Below are positions 1 through 11,251 of a stretch of 64,000 bases of DNA, one piece after another. The stretch spans positions 2,577,605 to 2,641,604 of the forward strand of contig NZ_OZ241741.1 in the NCBI RefSeq assembly GCF_965201105.1, given 5' to 3'. A program made the position numbers and the translations under genes. Each line of letters opens with the position of its first letter. Positions within the stretch are counted from its first letter, which is position 1. This DNA is from Terriglobus sp. GTDB lineage: Bacteria > Acidobacteriota > Terriglobia > Terriglobales > Acidobacteriaceae. The notes under the pieces were generated by a model that saw only the letters and a list, made by a program, of their open reading frames with translations, was not told the origin of the DNA and searched no databases.

Positions 1-611
1 TTTTTCCAGCAATGGAAGCGACAGGTGAAACATGTCTTGAAGCATGGCAGCAGACTAAAAGCAGAACGCTACGTCTGTATCAAGTGACGATCAGGCCAGA
101 ACGGCTCAGCGACTCACAATCACCGCGAGCGGTGACAACAAATCGCAACTCGGCCGCAGTTTTGGTGTTAAAGATGCATGCAGCTGCTAAGACAAAGTTT
201 CTCAAAACCCGCTCGAAGACACACAGTGTCGTAGTTGGCCGAGCATGGCCGAAAGTGTCCAAAGCTGCAAGGAAACAAAATACGCGCACATCGAAAACGA
301 TTCTTTTTGTTGGAAGCGCGGAATACTTTTCCAGGAACCTCGTCTTAGAGGGAAATAATGTGCGATCTGACCTCGCTGGCACAAAAGTTGCAGGCACATT
401 TTTCCAAACCGGGTTCTGATGCGCCTTATGATACGAGGCATCAAACCGAAACAGTGTTCCAGTTCAGAACATGCAATTGCTGCTCACTGATTGGAATGTG
501 TAAGCCCCAGATGCGGGCCTAAGAAATTCCATCATCCCCCAAGGGTATGGATCGCCTGTTCGACCGGAACACAAACGACTTCTAGGCCTTTGCCGAGGAA
601 CCAACGCGCGT

Positions 612-1772
612 ATGATCACTGAAACTCCCCGTTCACCCCAGCCGACCCGCCGTCCTCCTGTGACCCAGCGTCCTTCTGTGGTGCAGCGTATCCCCACCGC
701 CCCATCGGATCCGACACTGCGGACGCAGCGTGATCTCGCTTTTAAAGATTTCGGCGTGGTGGAAACGGGTAAGCGTGACAAGCGGTCCCTGCCCGTCGCG
801 CTGCTTATCTTTGGCTCCGCGCTGACTGCCGGGCTCATGATCAAGACCACGGTCAAAAAGCAGATCGAGGCGCAGAAGGTTATTACCTTCAACGCGGTCA
901 AGCCGTTGCCGCCGGAGCCGCCCAGGCCGAAGCCGATCGTGAAGCTGCCGCCGCCACCCAAGCTCAAGCCGATCGAGACGATAAAGCCGCCCATCGTTGT
1001 CGAGACGCCGGAACCGCCGAAGATTCAGCCGCCCGTAATCAAGCCGGCGCCGGTAGCCGTAAACACGCCGCCCGCGCCCAAGGTCGTTACACCTCCGCCC
1101 GCACCCAAGCCGGTGGCGATTCAGATTGCGCAGGCAGCTTCCGTGCCCAACAACAGCGCGCATCCCAGCCCCGTTCGTCTTGGCAGCATGACAAACCCGA
1201 TCAACAACACGTCGGGACCTGCAGTGTCGCCTGTCAACCTGGGTCGCTCCGGCGCACCGGGCATGAATGCGGCGAACTCGGGCCTTGGTAACCCGAGCCG
1301 CATCGCCATCTCAGGTTCCGGCAGTCCCAACGGCACCAACATGGCCGGACGCGACAGTGCTGCTGTGCCCATCCGTGGCCTGAGCAACGGCCTAGCCGGC
1401 AGTACCGGCAGCGGTCCAGCCCGCACGGGCGCCATTCAGATTGCGATGAACAATAAACCGCAACCGGTCGCAACCCAGATCGCGCAAACCGTCTCTGCTC
1501 CCAGAACAGCTCCAAAGGTCCTGTTCAAGCCGCGTCCGGAATACACGGAAGATGCGAAGGCAGCCCACATCGAGGGTAGTGTCGCCGTGCGCATCCACGT
1601 CACCTCCAATGGTGCCGTCCAGGTCATCGGCGTCTCCAACGGACTTGGCCACGGCTTGAACGAGGCCGCGGTTCGTGCCGCTCAGGCCATGCGCTTCCAA
1701 CCCGCCACCCAGGACGGTAAACCTACCGATTGGGACGGTGTCGTCAACATCAGCTTCCAGCTTGCGAGCTAA
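612..1772 (+). CDS. TonB family energy transducer
   Basis: 386-aa ORF with a hydrophobic anchor (LPVALLIFGSALTAGLMI) and a long Pro/Lys-rich spacer (PPEPPRPKPIVKLPPPPKLKP...). The C-terminal block PRPEYTEDAKAAHIEGSVAVRIHV...RFQPATQDGKP is typical of the TonB C-terminal domain. Confidence 0.85.
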   Translation: MITETPRSPQPTRRPPVTQRPSVVQRIPTAPSDPTLRTQRDLAFKDFGVVETGKRDKRSLPVALLIFGSALTAGLMIKTTVKKQIEAQKVITFNAVKPLPPEPPRPKPIVKLPPPPKLKPIETIKPPIVVETPEPPKIQPPVIKPAPVAVNTPPAPKVVTPPPAPKPVAIQIAQAASVPNNSAHPSPVRLGSMTNPINNTSGPAVSPVNLGRSGAPGMNAANSGLGNPSRIAISGSGSPNGTNMAGRDSAAVPIRGLSNGLAGSTGSGPARTGAIQIAMNNKPQPVATQIAQTVSAPRTAPKVLFKPRPEYTEDAKAAHIEGSVAVRIHVTSNGAVQVIGVSNGLGHGLNEAAVRAAQAMRFQPATQDGKPTDWDGVVNISFQLAS

Positions 1773-1867
1773 CAGCCGGAACCGGCTGCTGGCGCAAATG
1801 CGGCATAATACGCCAAGCGGCAACAAAATAGATCGGCTTTGAGCCACGCTCCAGGAGTATCGAACCC

Positions 1868-3874
1868 ATGATTAACCTACGAAAGCCGTGCATCGCGGGT
1901 CTCCTCGCAGGCATGCTTGCCGTCAGCGCCACGCAGGCGCACGCGGCAATCCCCCTGCTCGGAAAGAAAAAGCCAAAGGACGACCTCCCCGCACACAAGC
2001 TCACCGCCGCGCAGAATGCCTTGATCGATAAGGCAATTGCTCGCGAGGCCCAGGTCGTGAAGGTGGTCAAGGATCGGGCTCCCCTGGTGGAAACCTATAT
2101 CCAGAACATGAAGCCTGATCCAGCGCTGCTGCAGGTTCCTGTGTCTGACCAGCACTTTCTGGGCCGTGTCGATTTCGGCAAGGTAATCGGGGACAATGCC
2201 TATCAACGCAGCACGGTCAAACACAGCGGAACCAATGGCGAGAAGAGGGGTTTCGCGAGCAAGCTCAACATTTTCAAAGGCTCCGGAAGCTACATCAGCG
2301 GCCTGAACCATTCCCTGCACCTAGAGTTCAGCGAAGCCGGTTTCGTGCAGATGCTGCTCATCGATTCCAAGGACTTTAACCGGACGGAGTACAAATTCGG
2401 CTTTGTCCGCAACGACTTTGTCGGATCCGTGCGGACCGCGGTGTTCGACGTGGAACCCGCAACCAACCGGACCCGCGGACGCTTTTTCGGTCGCGTCTGG
2501 ATTGAAACTCAGGGCGGCAACATCGTTCGTTTCAACGGCTCCTTCGCCGGGACTGAGAAAGATATCCGGGAGTATTACCACTTTGATTCCTGGCGCACCA
2601 ACGTGCAGCCTGGCCTCTGGCTGCCAACCAGCTTCTACGTGGAAGAGAGCGATCCGAAGAGCGAAGAGAACACCGTCAAGTTCAAGGCGGTCAATCACAT
2701 CTGGGGATACGTGCTGAAAGTACCCCAGGCGACCGCGGACAACGTGGACGTGGAAGTAGCGGGCGCTACAGACGTTTCGAACGACGCGCAGGACGTTTCA
2801 CCACTCGGGGCGCAGCGCGCCTGGGTGCAGCAGGCCGAGGACAACGTGATCGAGCGGCTGTTCCAGGCCGGCCTGCTCGACGCTCCGTCTGACTTCGACA
2901 AGATCCTGGAGCAGATCGCCGGGAACATCCTGGCCTACAACAACATCCAGACGGCACGGCCGGTTCGGGTTCGCACCTTGTTGACGGAGCCGCTCGAGTC
3001 GCTCGCAATCGGCAACACGATCGTGATTTCCAAGAGCCTGATCGACACCACGGCTGTCCCCGGCGACAAGAACGAGCAAGTCAACAACCTGTACGCGGTG
3101 ATCGCGTTCCAGCTGGCCCACATCATCCAGGGTCACCGGCTGGATACGAAGTACGCGTTCAACGACCGCCTGCTCTTTCCTGATACAGCCGCCTTCGCCA
3201 AAATTCCGATGCATCACACGGATCGCGACAATGAAGAGGCCGCGAAGAAGACCATCGAATTACTGCAACCGAAGGAGCTACAGGACGCGGGCAGCCAGTT
3301 CGGACTGTACCTGGCGCAACTTCAGCAGCGGTCCAAATCGCTCACAGCTCTGAACGAGCCCATGTTGGGCGATTCGCTCATCAAGGATCCGAAGACTGGC
3401 ACCTTCTGGCTGCAGGGTCTGGTCGCCAAAGGCCAGAAGCTGAACATGAACGACCTGAAGCAAAACGCGGCGATGCCGTTGGGTTCGTTCCTTCGCTTCG
3501 ACCCCTGGACAGACCAGGTTGTGCAGATGCATTCCGCCTATGAACCCCTGCTCTCCTCCCGCGACAAAATGCCATTTGAAGTAACGCCGGTGTACCTGAA
3601 GCTGGCCTACTACAAGGCACCCACGACCGCAGTGGATCAGGCAGCCGCCAATGCGGCGGCGCAGAACGCAACCGGCAGCACCGCTGCCGATGTTGCAGCC
3701 CAGTCTGCAACGGGGCAAACAACCGCTCCGGCGAATGGTGCGCCTTCCAACGGAGCGGCTGCACCTGTAGCACAGCCGGCTACCGGAACCGCCCCAGCGA
3801 ACGGAACCATCGTGGATCAGCCAACGCAGCCCGCCGTACCGGCAACCGGTACGAGCAACCCACCGCAGAAGTAA
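1868..3874 (+). CDS. Secreted hypothetical protein (668 aa) with Ala/Thr/Pro-rich C-terminal tail
   Basis: Long ORF with a signal peptide (LLAGMLAVSATQAHA) and coding-like composition. No catalytic motif I can name: AHIIQGH is not a canonical HExxH. The low-complexity tail is AAANAAAQNATGSTAADVAAQSATG... Confidence 0.65.
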   Translation: MINLRKPCIAGLLAGMLAVSATQAHAAIPLLGKKKPKDDLPAHKLTAAQNALIDKAIAREAQVVKVVKDRAPLVETYIQNMKPDPALLQVPVSDQHFLGRVDFGKVIGDNAYQRSTVKHSGTNGEKRGFASKLNIFKGSGSYISGLNHSLHLEFSEAGFVQMLLIDSKDFNRTEYKFGFVRNDFVGSVRTAVFDVEPATNRTRGRFFGRVWIETQGGNIVRFNGSFAGTEKDIREYYHFDSWRTNVQPGLWLPTSFYVEESDPKSEENTVKFKAVNHIWGYVLKVPQATADNVDVEVAGATDVSNDAQDVSPLGAQRAWVQQAEDNVIERLFQAGLLDAPSDFDKILEQIAGNILAYNNIQTARPVRVRTLLTEPLESLAIGNTIVISKSLIDTTAVPGDKNEQVNNLYAVIAFQLAHIIQGHRLDTKYAFNDRLLFPDTAAFAKIPMHHTDRDNEEAAKKTIELLQPKELQDAGSQFGLYLAQLQQRSKSLTALNEPMLGDSLIKDPKTGTFWLQGLVAKGQKLNMNDLKQNAAMPLGSFLRFDPWTDQVVQMHSAYEPLLSSRDKMPFEVTPVYLKLAYYKAPTTAVDQAAANAAAQNATGSTAADVAAQSATGQTTAPANGAPSNGAAAPVAQPATGTAPANGTIVDQPTQPAVPATGTSNPPQK

Positions 3875-4039
3875 TGGAGCGGGAGCGTGTTCGCGTTGCG
3901 AGCCCGCTCCCGTTACCTGTAAGCGCTTTTCTACCTGCAAGGAGTCGTTTTGCTGACCACGGACGCCCATCCCATCCAAAGCGGACCCCCCGGCTTCGCC
4001 CCGCTACAGCCTTTAGCGAGCGCAGCCGATACATACTTT

Positions 4040-4624
4040 GTGCAACGAAATGTTCATGACATCGCTCGGGCCTTTGTGGCATCGGCGGTGTTCGTGCTTT
4101 CGCTCGCCTGCGCAACGACAGCACAAGGGCAGGCCAAGCCGACTGCGGCACGCTCCGGCGATCTGCAGGCAGGCGGCGGCTTCGTTCTGGCCTCTCCGGA
4201 CTACACCGAAAACACCTTCAAGGGGTACATGGGGTACGCCACATTCGATTTCAAAGAACACTACGGCATTGAATTCAACATCCACCAGGTAAACGCACCC
4301 AGCCCAAGCAAGCTATACGAACGTACCTACGAACTCGGTGGACGGTACGTCCGGCACTACGGCATCGCCCACCCGTATGCCAAGCTGATGTACGGTCGCG
4401 GTGTCTTCAATTACGAACGCAGCGTCGCCAATCTCGCCTACAACATCGGCGCGATCGGTGCCGGCGTTGACGTCAACGTGCACAGGCATGTGAACGTGCG
4501 CGCCGACTACGAGTACCAGAAGTGGTTCAGCTTCCGCGGCTTCGTCGACCAGGGTTTCGTCACTGCAACTTCCTCCTCTCTCACGCCTCAGCTCTTCACT
4601 GTGGGTGCGGCGTACCACTTCTAA
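4040..4624 (+). CDS. Outer-membrane beta-barrel protein (OmpA-like barrel/porin family)
   Basis: In-frame GTG at 4040 gives the signal peptide VASAVFVLSLACATTAQGQA. Alternating aromatic/hydrophobic strands; C-terminal ...VGAAYHF ends in Phe as in OMP barrels. The start is uncertain (the ORF is open from 3950). Confidence 0.7.
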   Translation: MQRNVHDIARAFVASAVFVLSLACATTAQGQAKPTAARSGDLQAGGGFVLASPDYTENTFKGYMGYATFDFKEHYGIEFNIHQVNAPSPSKLYERTYELGGRYVRHYGIAHPYAKLMYGRGVFNYERSVANLAYNIGAIGAGVDVNVHRHVNVRADYEYQKWFSFRGFVDQGFVTATSSSLTPQLFTVGAAYHF

Positions 4625-4644
4625 TTGCGTCGTCTTCATAAAGC

Positions 4645-4674
4645 AGAAAGGCCCCGGATGTCCGGGGTCTTTCT
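4645..4674. terminator. Bidirectional hairpin terminator between convergent OMP genes
   Basis: AGAAAGGCCCCGGA-TG-TCCGGGGTCTTTCT is a near-perfect GC-rich stem with T/A-rich flanks, lying between the stops at 4624 (+) and 4693 (-). Confidence 0.7.
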
Positions 4675-4692
4675 CTTGAACGGAAAAGCTGA

Positions 4693-5328
4693 TTAGAAGT
4701 GGTACGCAATGCCGATTGCCGGCGTCGAGATCACCTCATACCGCCCGGTGTTGTAATCCGATCCCGCGGAGGTCGAATTGGACACCTTGAAGCTGGGCGC
4801 CTTCACCACGACTCCGTGATATCCCACCCGCAGGTCAAAGCTGGGACTCAGCTCATACGCAACGCCGCCGCCAAACATGCCGCCGAGCGAAGTCTGCCGC
4901 GCGGCATCCAGCGTCGTGGTCTCGTAATCCTTGAGCGGCGAAAAGAACACGCCCGCGACACCGCCCTCCAGAAACGGGCTGAAGTTGTGGTACGTCCGGC
5001 TGTACACATACCCCAGCGAGAATTCCTGCTGACGCGTATGGATCTGATACGTCGCGCGCGAGTTCTGGAGCGTGTCGCGGTACTGGGTAAAGCCGTAGTT
5101 CGCTTCAAGTGCTGACCGCGGCGTAAGCATAAAGCGATAGCTGGCCAGCGCTCCCAGATAACCGTGCGTGTTCAGCTGCGCCGCATTGCCGTTCACCTGT
5201 GGAGCAAACAAGTACGTTGCGCTCAGGCTCACGTCCTGCCGGCTTTCCTGCGCGAGTGCTGCCTTCGGTGCCACAGCAGCCGCCACGGTACTCACAAGCA
5301 CCGCGCACATCCACATCGTTTTTTTCAT
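4693..5328 (-). CDS. Outer-membrane beta-barrel protein
   Basis: Internal ATG at 5328 gives MKKTMWMCAVLVSTVAAAVAPKAALAQ (signal peptide). C-terminal ...AIGIAYHF. Paralogous in style to the convergent 4040-4624 gene. Confidence 0.75.
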   Translation of the reverse strand: MKKTMWMCAVLVSTVAAAVAPKAALAQESRQDVSLSATYLFAPQVNGNAAQLNTHGYLGALASYRFMLTPRSALEANYGFTQYRDTLQNSRATYQIHTRQQEFSLGYVYSRTYHNFSPFLEGGVAGVFFSPLKDYETTTLDAARQTSLGGMFGGGVAYELSPSFDLRVGYHGVVVKAPSFKVSNSTSAGSDYNTGRYEVISTPAIGIAYHF

Positions 5329-5469
5329 GCGAAAAGTTACCAACCTCAAATCAGGGCGTCTCTGCACGCGAAGGCGCAGCGGAGAAGCGTAGCCCAAAGC
5401 TTTCCAGGACCATCCGTTCCATCCGTTATTGTACCTGTACGACTCGTCAGAGCCGCTTCGGTGAGCGGA

Positions 5470-6450
5470 TCAGCGCAGCTTTCCCGGCTTTTCCACTTCA
5501 TAACAATAGGTATTGTCAGAGCCGGCGGCGTAGCTTTCCACCTGCTGCAGAAAGCTCATCGCCGCGTGCGACAGCGCAGCGTTCTTGCGGTAAACCAGAC
5601 GCAGCTTGCGTTCCATCCGCAGCTCCCGCACCGGCACCCGCACCAACGCCCCTGACGCCAATTCCCGCTCTACCGTCAGCGCCGGCACCAGTGCCACACC
5701 ATTCCCCTGCTCTACAAAGCGCCGCACCGCTTCCAGCGATGGCAATTCCACATCAATACGCAGATTCGTTTTGTGCCGCTGAAACGCCTCCAACACCTTC
5801 GCCCGTTGCGGTGACGCTACGTTGTGCGCAACAAAATGCTCCCCATCCAACTGGCGGATCGACACAGATTCCGCAGATGCCAGCGAATGCTGCGGGTTCA
5901 CCACAAACGCCAGTTCATCCCGAAAGATCACGATCGATTCCAGCGCCGGGTCGTCCGGCCGAAAGCTGATGATCCCCAACTCCACGCCGTGCGCCAGCAG
6001 TTCATCCGGGATCCGGCTCGCCAGCGAACGCTGCACCGCGACCTTGATGAGCGGGTGGGCGCGGCAGAATCGATCAAGCACCGGCAGCAGCGACAGGCAG
6101 GTGTACTCATTCGCGGCCAGGTTCAGCCGGCCCCGGTGTAGCGAACGCAGGTCGCCCAGGGCGTCGGCCGCTTCTTGACGCAAATTCAGCAGCTTGTGCG
6201 CGTAATCGCGCAGGACCTCGCCGGCGTCGGTCAGCGATCCATCGCGGGCGGACCGCTCAAACAGGGATTCGCCCAGCTCCGCTTCCAGCTTGGCAATAGT
6301 TTGGCTCACGGCCGGCTGCGTCCGCCGCAGCCGAAGCGCAGCCCGTGAAAAGCTGCGCTCCTGGGCGACCGCGACGAAGGTTTCCAAGGCAAATAGGTCC
6401 ACGAGCCGCACCTGGGTATTAGCAGATTGAATGATGCTATCACCCGGCAT
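5470..6450 (-). CDS. LysR family transcriptional regulator
   Basis: N-terminal wHTH FVAVAQERSFSRAALRLRRTQPAVSQTIAKLEAELGESLFERS followed by a LysR substrate-binding region. Divergent from leuA with a 26-nt gap. Confidence 0.9.
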   Translation of the reverse strand: MPGDSIIQSANTQVRLVDLFALETFVAVAQERSFSRAALRLRRTQPAVSQTIAKLEAELGESLFERSARDGSLTDAGEVLRDYAHKLLNLRQEAADALGDLRSLHRGRLNLAANEYTCLSLLPVLDRFCRAHPLIKVAVQRSLASRIPDELLAHGVELGIISFRPDDPALESIVIFRDELAFVVNPQHSLASAESVSIRQLDGEHFVAHNVASPQRAKVLEAFQRHKTNLRIDVELPSLEAVRRFVEQGNGVALVPALTVERELASGALVRVPVRELRMERKLRLVYRKNAALSHAAMSFLQQVESYAAGSDNTYCYEVEKPGKLR

Positions 6451-6476
6451 AACCCGCCCTTATCTCTATACTGGCC

Positions 6477-7655
6477 ATGGCAGGAAAAGAGTCAATGACC
6501 ACGGCAAACAATCAGGTTCTCTTTTTTGACACCACGTTACGCGACGGCGAGCAATCGCCCGGCTGCACCATGCACCACGCGGAAAAGCTGCGCTTCGCGC
6601 ATCAGCTCGCCGCGCTGAACGTGGACATCATCGAAGCCGGTTTTCCCATTGCGTCAGACGGTGACTTCGAATCCGTCCACGCCATCGCCACAGAGGTGCG
6701 CGGCACCCGCATCGCCGCGCTCGCCCGCTGCAAGCAGGGGGATATCGAGCGCGCCGCTGCTGCCGTTGAAGCCGCGCCGATCAACCGCATTCACACGTTT
6801 CTTGCATCCTCAGATCTGCACCTGGAAGCCAAGCTGCGCATTACGCGGCAGCAGGCGCTCGATCAGACCGGCGAGTGTGTCCGCCTGGCCCGCAGGTACG
6901 CCGAGGACGTTGAATTTTCTGCAGAAGACGCAACCCGCTCCGATCTCGACTTCCTCGTCGAGATGATTACCGTCGCTATCCAGTCCGGCGCCACGACCAT
7001 AAACCTGCCCGATACCGTGGGCTATTCCACGCCTGCCGAGTACCAGCAGATGTTTCAAACAGTGCGTGCGCGCGTGCCTGCGGGTCAGAACGTCACCTTC
7101 TCCACACATTGTCACGACGACCTGGGTCTTGCCACCATCAACACCCTATCGGGTGTCTGCGGCGGCGCGCGACAGGTGGAAGTCTCCATTCATGGCATCG
7201 GGGAACGGGCCGGAAATGCCGCGCTGGAAGAGGTCGCCGCGATCCTGAATATCCGCAACGATGCATACCCGTTCACAAACGGCTTGAAACTGGACCAGAT
7301 CGGCGCGACCAGCCGCATGCTCGACGAAATCATCTCCTTCACGCCGTCGCCAAACAAAGCCATCGTCGGCAAGAACGCATTCGCCCACGCCAGCGGCATA
7401 CACCAGCATGGCATGCTCGCCAACCCGCTCACCTACGAGATCATGTCGGCCTCGCGCTTCGGTGTCGCGGCAAACACCATCGTGCTGGGCAAACACAGCG
7501 GACGCCGCGCGCTGGAGCATCGCCTGAAGGAACTCGGCTTCGAACTGACGCGCGAAGATCTCGATCAGACCTACACCCGCTTCACGGCACTGGCTGATCG
7601 CAAGAAATCCATCTACGACCAGGACATCATCGCGCTCGTACCCCAGCCGGTGTAG
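6477..7655 (+). CDS. leuA: 2-isopropylmalate synthase-like (short form, no C-terminal regulatory domain)
   Basis: FFDTTLRDGEQSPG..., HCHDDLGLATINTL and HASGIHQHG are DRE-TIM/HMGL-like motifs of the LeuA/CimA/NifV family. At 392 aa it is too short to hold the LeuA_dimer allosteric domain. Heads a leu/ilv cluster. Confidence 0.8.
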   Translation: MAGKESMTTANNQVLFFDTTLRDGEQSPGCTMHHAEKLRFAHQLAALNVDIIEAGFPIASDGDFESVHAIATEVRGTRIAALARCKQGDIERAAAAVEAAPINRIHTFLASSDLHLEAKLRITRQQALDQTGECVRLARRYAEDVEFSAEDATRSDLDFLVEMITVAIQSGATTINLPDTVGYSTPAEYQQMFQTVRARVPAGQNVTFSTHCHDDLGLATINTLSGVCGGARQVEVSIHGIGERAGNAALEEVAAILNIRNDAYPFTNGLKLDQIGATSRMLDEIISFTPSPNKAIVGKNAFAHASGIHQHGMLANPLTYEIMSASRFGVAANTIVLGKHSGRRALEHRLKELGFELTREDLDQTYTRFTALADRKKSIYDQDIIALVPQPV

Positions 7656-7732
7656 CAGAATCAGTGCGCAGGTCAGCCCATTGCGGCTCCGGGGACGCCC
7701 CGGCACTGTCGCCTGAGCGCAACCACAACAGT

Positions 7733-7764
7733 GTCATCCTGAGCGTAGCGAAGAATCTGCTTCC
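7733..7764 (+). repeat. Interspersed repeat family A copy (GTCATCCTGAGCGnAGCGAAGnATCTGCTT)
   Basis: GTCATCCTGAGCGTAGCGAAGAATCTGCTTCC in the leuA-leuB gap. Related copies at 10453, 21246, 47381(rc), 62735(rc) and 62782. Confidence 0.8.
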
Positions 7765-7794
7765 AGCGCGGCACGAACTCAAAAGGAACCGCAC

Positions 7795-8913
7795 TTGCAC
7801 CTGAAGATTGCAATCCTCGCCGGCGACGGCATCGGTCCCGAAGTCACGAATGAGGCCGTCAATGTGCTCACCACCGTCGCAAACGCGCGCGGCGATGTCT
7901 TTGAGTACGTGCCACTGCTCATCGGCGGCGTGGCAATCACGGAGCACGGCACCCCCCTGCCACCCGAAACGCTGCAGCAGACCCTCAGCTGCGATGCTGC
8001 CCTGCTCGGCGCCGTGGGCGACAACAAATTCAACCACCTGCCGCCCAGCGAGCGCCCGGAAGCCGGCCTGTTGCAAATCCGTGCCGCGCTCGGCGGCTTT
8101 GCAAATTTACGCCCCGCAATTGCCTACACCGCCCTTGCCGACAACAGTCCGCTGCGGCCGGAGATCACTGCCAGTGCCGACATCCTCTTCGTGCGCGAAC
8201 TGCTCGGCGGCCTCTACTTCGGGGAGCCACGCGCGTGGGACAAGGCCGCCAATCGCGCGCACAACACCATGGCTTACACCCGCGACGAGGTCGAGCGCGT
8301 AGCCCGCATCGCCTTTGACCTGGCTACCAAACGCCGCAATAAACTGACCAGTGTCGACAAGGCCAACGTGCTCGAAACCTCGCAGTTGTGGCGTGCCGTC
8401 GTCAACGAAGTCGCGCGCGACTATCCGTCCGTCACCGTAGAACATCAATACGTCGACGCCATGGCGATCCACCTGATGACGCGCCCGCGCGACTTCGACG
8501 TGGTGCTCACCGAGAATCTTTTCGGCGACATTCTCTCGGACGAATCGGGCGTGATCACCGGTTCACTCGGCATGCTGCCCTCGGCCACTTTGGGTGGCAA
8601 AGTAAACCTGTACGAGCCCGTGCACGGCTCCGCGCCCGACATTGCCGGCACCGGCAAGGCAAATCCCATCGGCGCCATCCTGACCGCGGCCATGCTGCTG
8701 CGCCATTCCGCGAATATGGAAGCCGCAGCCAGGCTGATCGACGACGCTGTCACCGAGGCACTGAACCAGGGCTACCGCACCACCGACATCGCACACGGCA
8801 ACATTGCCGGTCAGACCACACTCAGCACGACCGAGATGGGCGCGCTGATTCTCAGCAAGTTGGAAGCAGCTCTGGAGACGACCTCGATAAACGACCAAGG
8901 AGCAGCGCAGTGA
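7795..8913 (+). CDS. leuB: 3-isopropylmalate dehydrogenase
   Basis: MHLKIAILAGDGIGPEV..., ...NLFGDILSDE... and a 372-aa length match the isocitrate/isopropylmalate dehydrogenase family. Sits in leu context. Confidence 0.95.
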   Translation: MHLKIAILAGDGIGPEVTNEAVNVLTTVANARGDVFEYVPLLIGGVAITEHGTPLPPETLQQTLSCDAALLGAVGDNKFNHLPPSERPEAGLLQIRAALGGFANLRPAIAYTALADNSPLRPEITASADILFVRELLGGLYFGEPRAWDKAANRAHNTMAYTRDEVERVARIAFDLATKRRNKLTSVDKANVLETSQLWRAVVNEVARDYPSVTVEHQYVDAMAIHLMTRPRDFDVVLTENLFGDILSDESGVITGSLGMLPSATLGGKVNLYEPVHGSAPDIAGTGKANPIGAILTAAMLLRHSANMEAAARLIDDAVTEALNQGYRTTDIAHGNIAGQTTLSTTEMGALILSKLEAALETTSINDQGAAQ

Positions 8914-9629
8914 AATCGCTTCCTACCTTGGCCACGGCGCTTCTGCTGCTCAACGGCATGGCGGGCTGTAAGTGGCACGCATCGCAGACGCACAGCAGCG
9001 CCGAGGCATCACATACGCAGGCCGCAGAGTCCGCAGCAGCCTCGGTGCCACCAGCGCATGTTGCCGAACCTGCACCCTGGCTGCTCTCCTATGCAGGCAA
9101 GGCGTCGAACGACCTCGAAGCCGATAAACGCTTCCCCGCGTTCCTGCGCAGTCACATTTCCAGCAAGCCCGTGAACTACTGGGTGGAAGGACCCAGCGTG
9201 CCATCAAAAGATGTGCGCGACTTCTTGGGGGGCCTTGGCGACGACGTGCAGACAATGGAGAATCGCTACGTAGTCGCTTCTGGCTGCCCGCTTCACGACT
9301 GCACCGAAAATGCCATGTTGTGGGCGGATACGGTGACCGGAGCGACCGTGTATGCCGCTTCCTTGGAGGCGCATACCACCTCGGAGCACGGCCATGGAAA
9401 CCACCTTTGGATCTTCTCGAATTTTCCGCTCAGCGCAGGAACGCTGCCAACAGCTCTGTTGACCGCGATTGGCAGTTGGACACAGCAGGGCAGCGATCCC
9501 GACTACCAAACGATCATTTCGGACGCAACGATTGTGGAGCCGAGCGGCGCGCAGATCGAGCTCACACCGGCGGACGTGCACGCCTGGCAACCCGGCATGC
9601 CTACCCGAAGCAACGAACAGAAAGGCTGA
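8910..9629 (+). CDS. Hypothetical lipoprotein
   Basis: GTG at 8910 overlaps the leuB stop (GTGA). The N-terminus [20 protein letters not shown] has a lipobox-like MAGC. The upstream part of the 8388-9629 ORF overlaps leuB and is rejected. Confidence 0.6.
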   Translation: MKSLPTLATALLLLNGMAGCKWHASQTHSSAEASHTQAAESAAASVPPAHVAEPAPWLLSYAGKASNDLEADKRFPAFLRSHISSKPVNYWVEGPSVPSKDVRDFLGGLGDDVQTMENRYVVASGCPLHDCTENAMLWADTVTGATVYAASLEAHTTSEHGHGNHLWIFSNFPLSAGTLPTALLTAIGSWTQQGSDPDYQTIISDATIVEPSGAQIELTPADVHAWQPGMPTRSNEQKG

Positions 9630-9634
9630 TCCCT

Positions 9635-11247
<1,613 letters not shown>

Positions 11248-11251
<4 letters not shown>

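Noticed and set aside
12-419. 135-aa ORF and overlapping antisense ORFs at the left edge
   Set aside because: They have no motifs, overlap one another, and have atypical composition. They are treated as non-coding or decayed sequence (see the finding on 1-611).
3876-3910. Possible terminator hairpin GGAGCGGG...CCCGCTCC after the 668-aa gene
   Set aside because: The stem is only 8 bp, the loop is 19 nt, and there is no adjacent T-run. Not convincing enough to list as a feature.
8388-8909. Upstream extension of the 8388-9629 ORF (413 aa)
   Set aside because: The first 174 codons overlap leuB in another frame and are Arg-rich nonsense. A GTG at 8910 gives a clean lipoprotein signal sequence and a GTGA overlap with the leuB stop.
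9320-9634. N-terminal extension of the leuC ORF (643 aa)
   Set aside because: It overlaps the lipoprotein gene. LeuC homology begins at the GTG at 9635 ([15 protein letters not shown]...).
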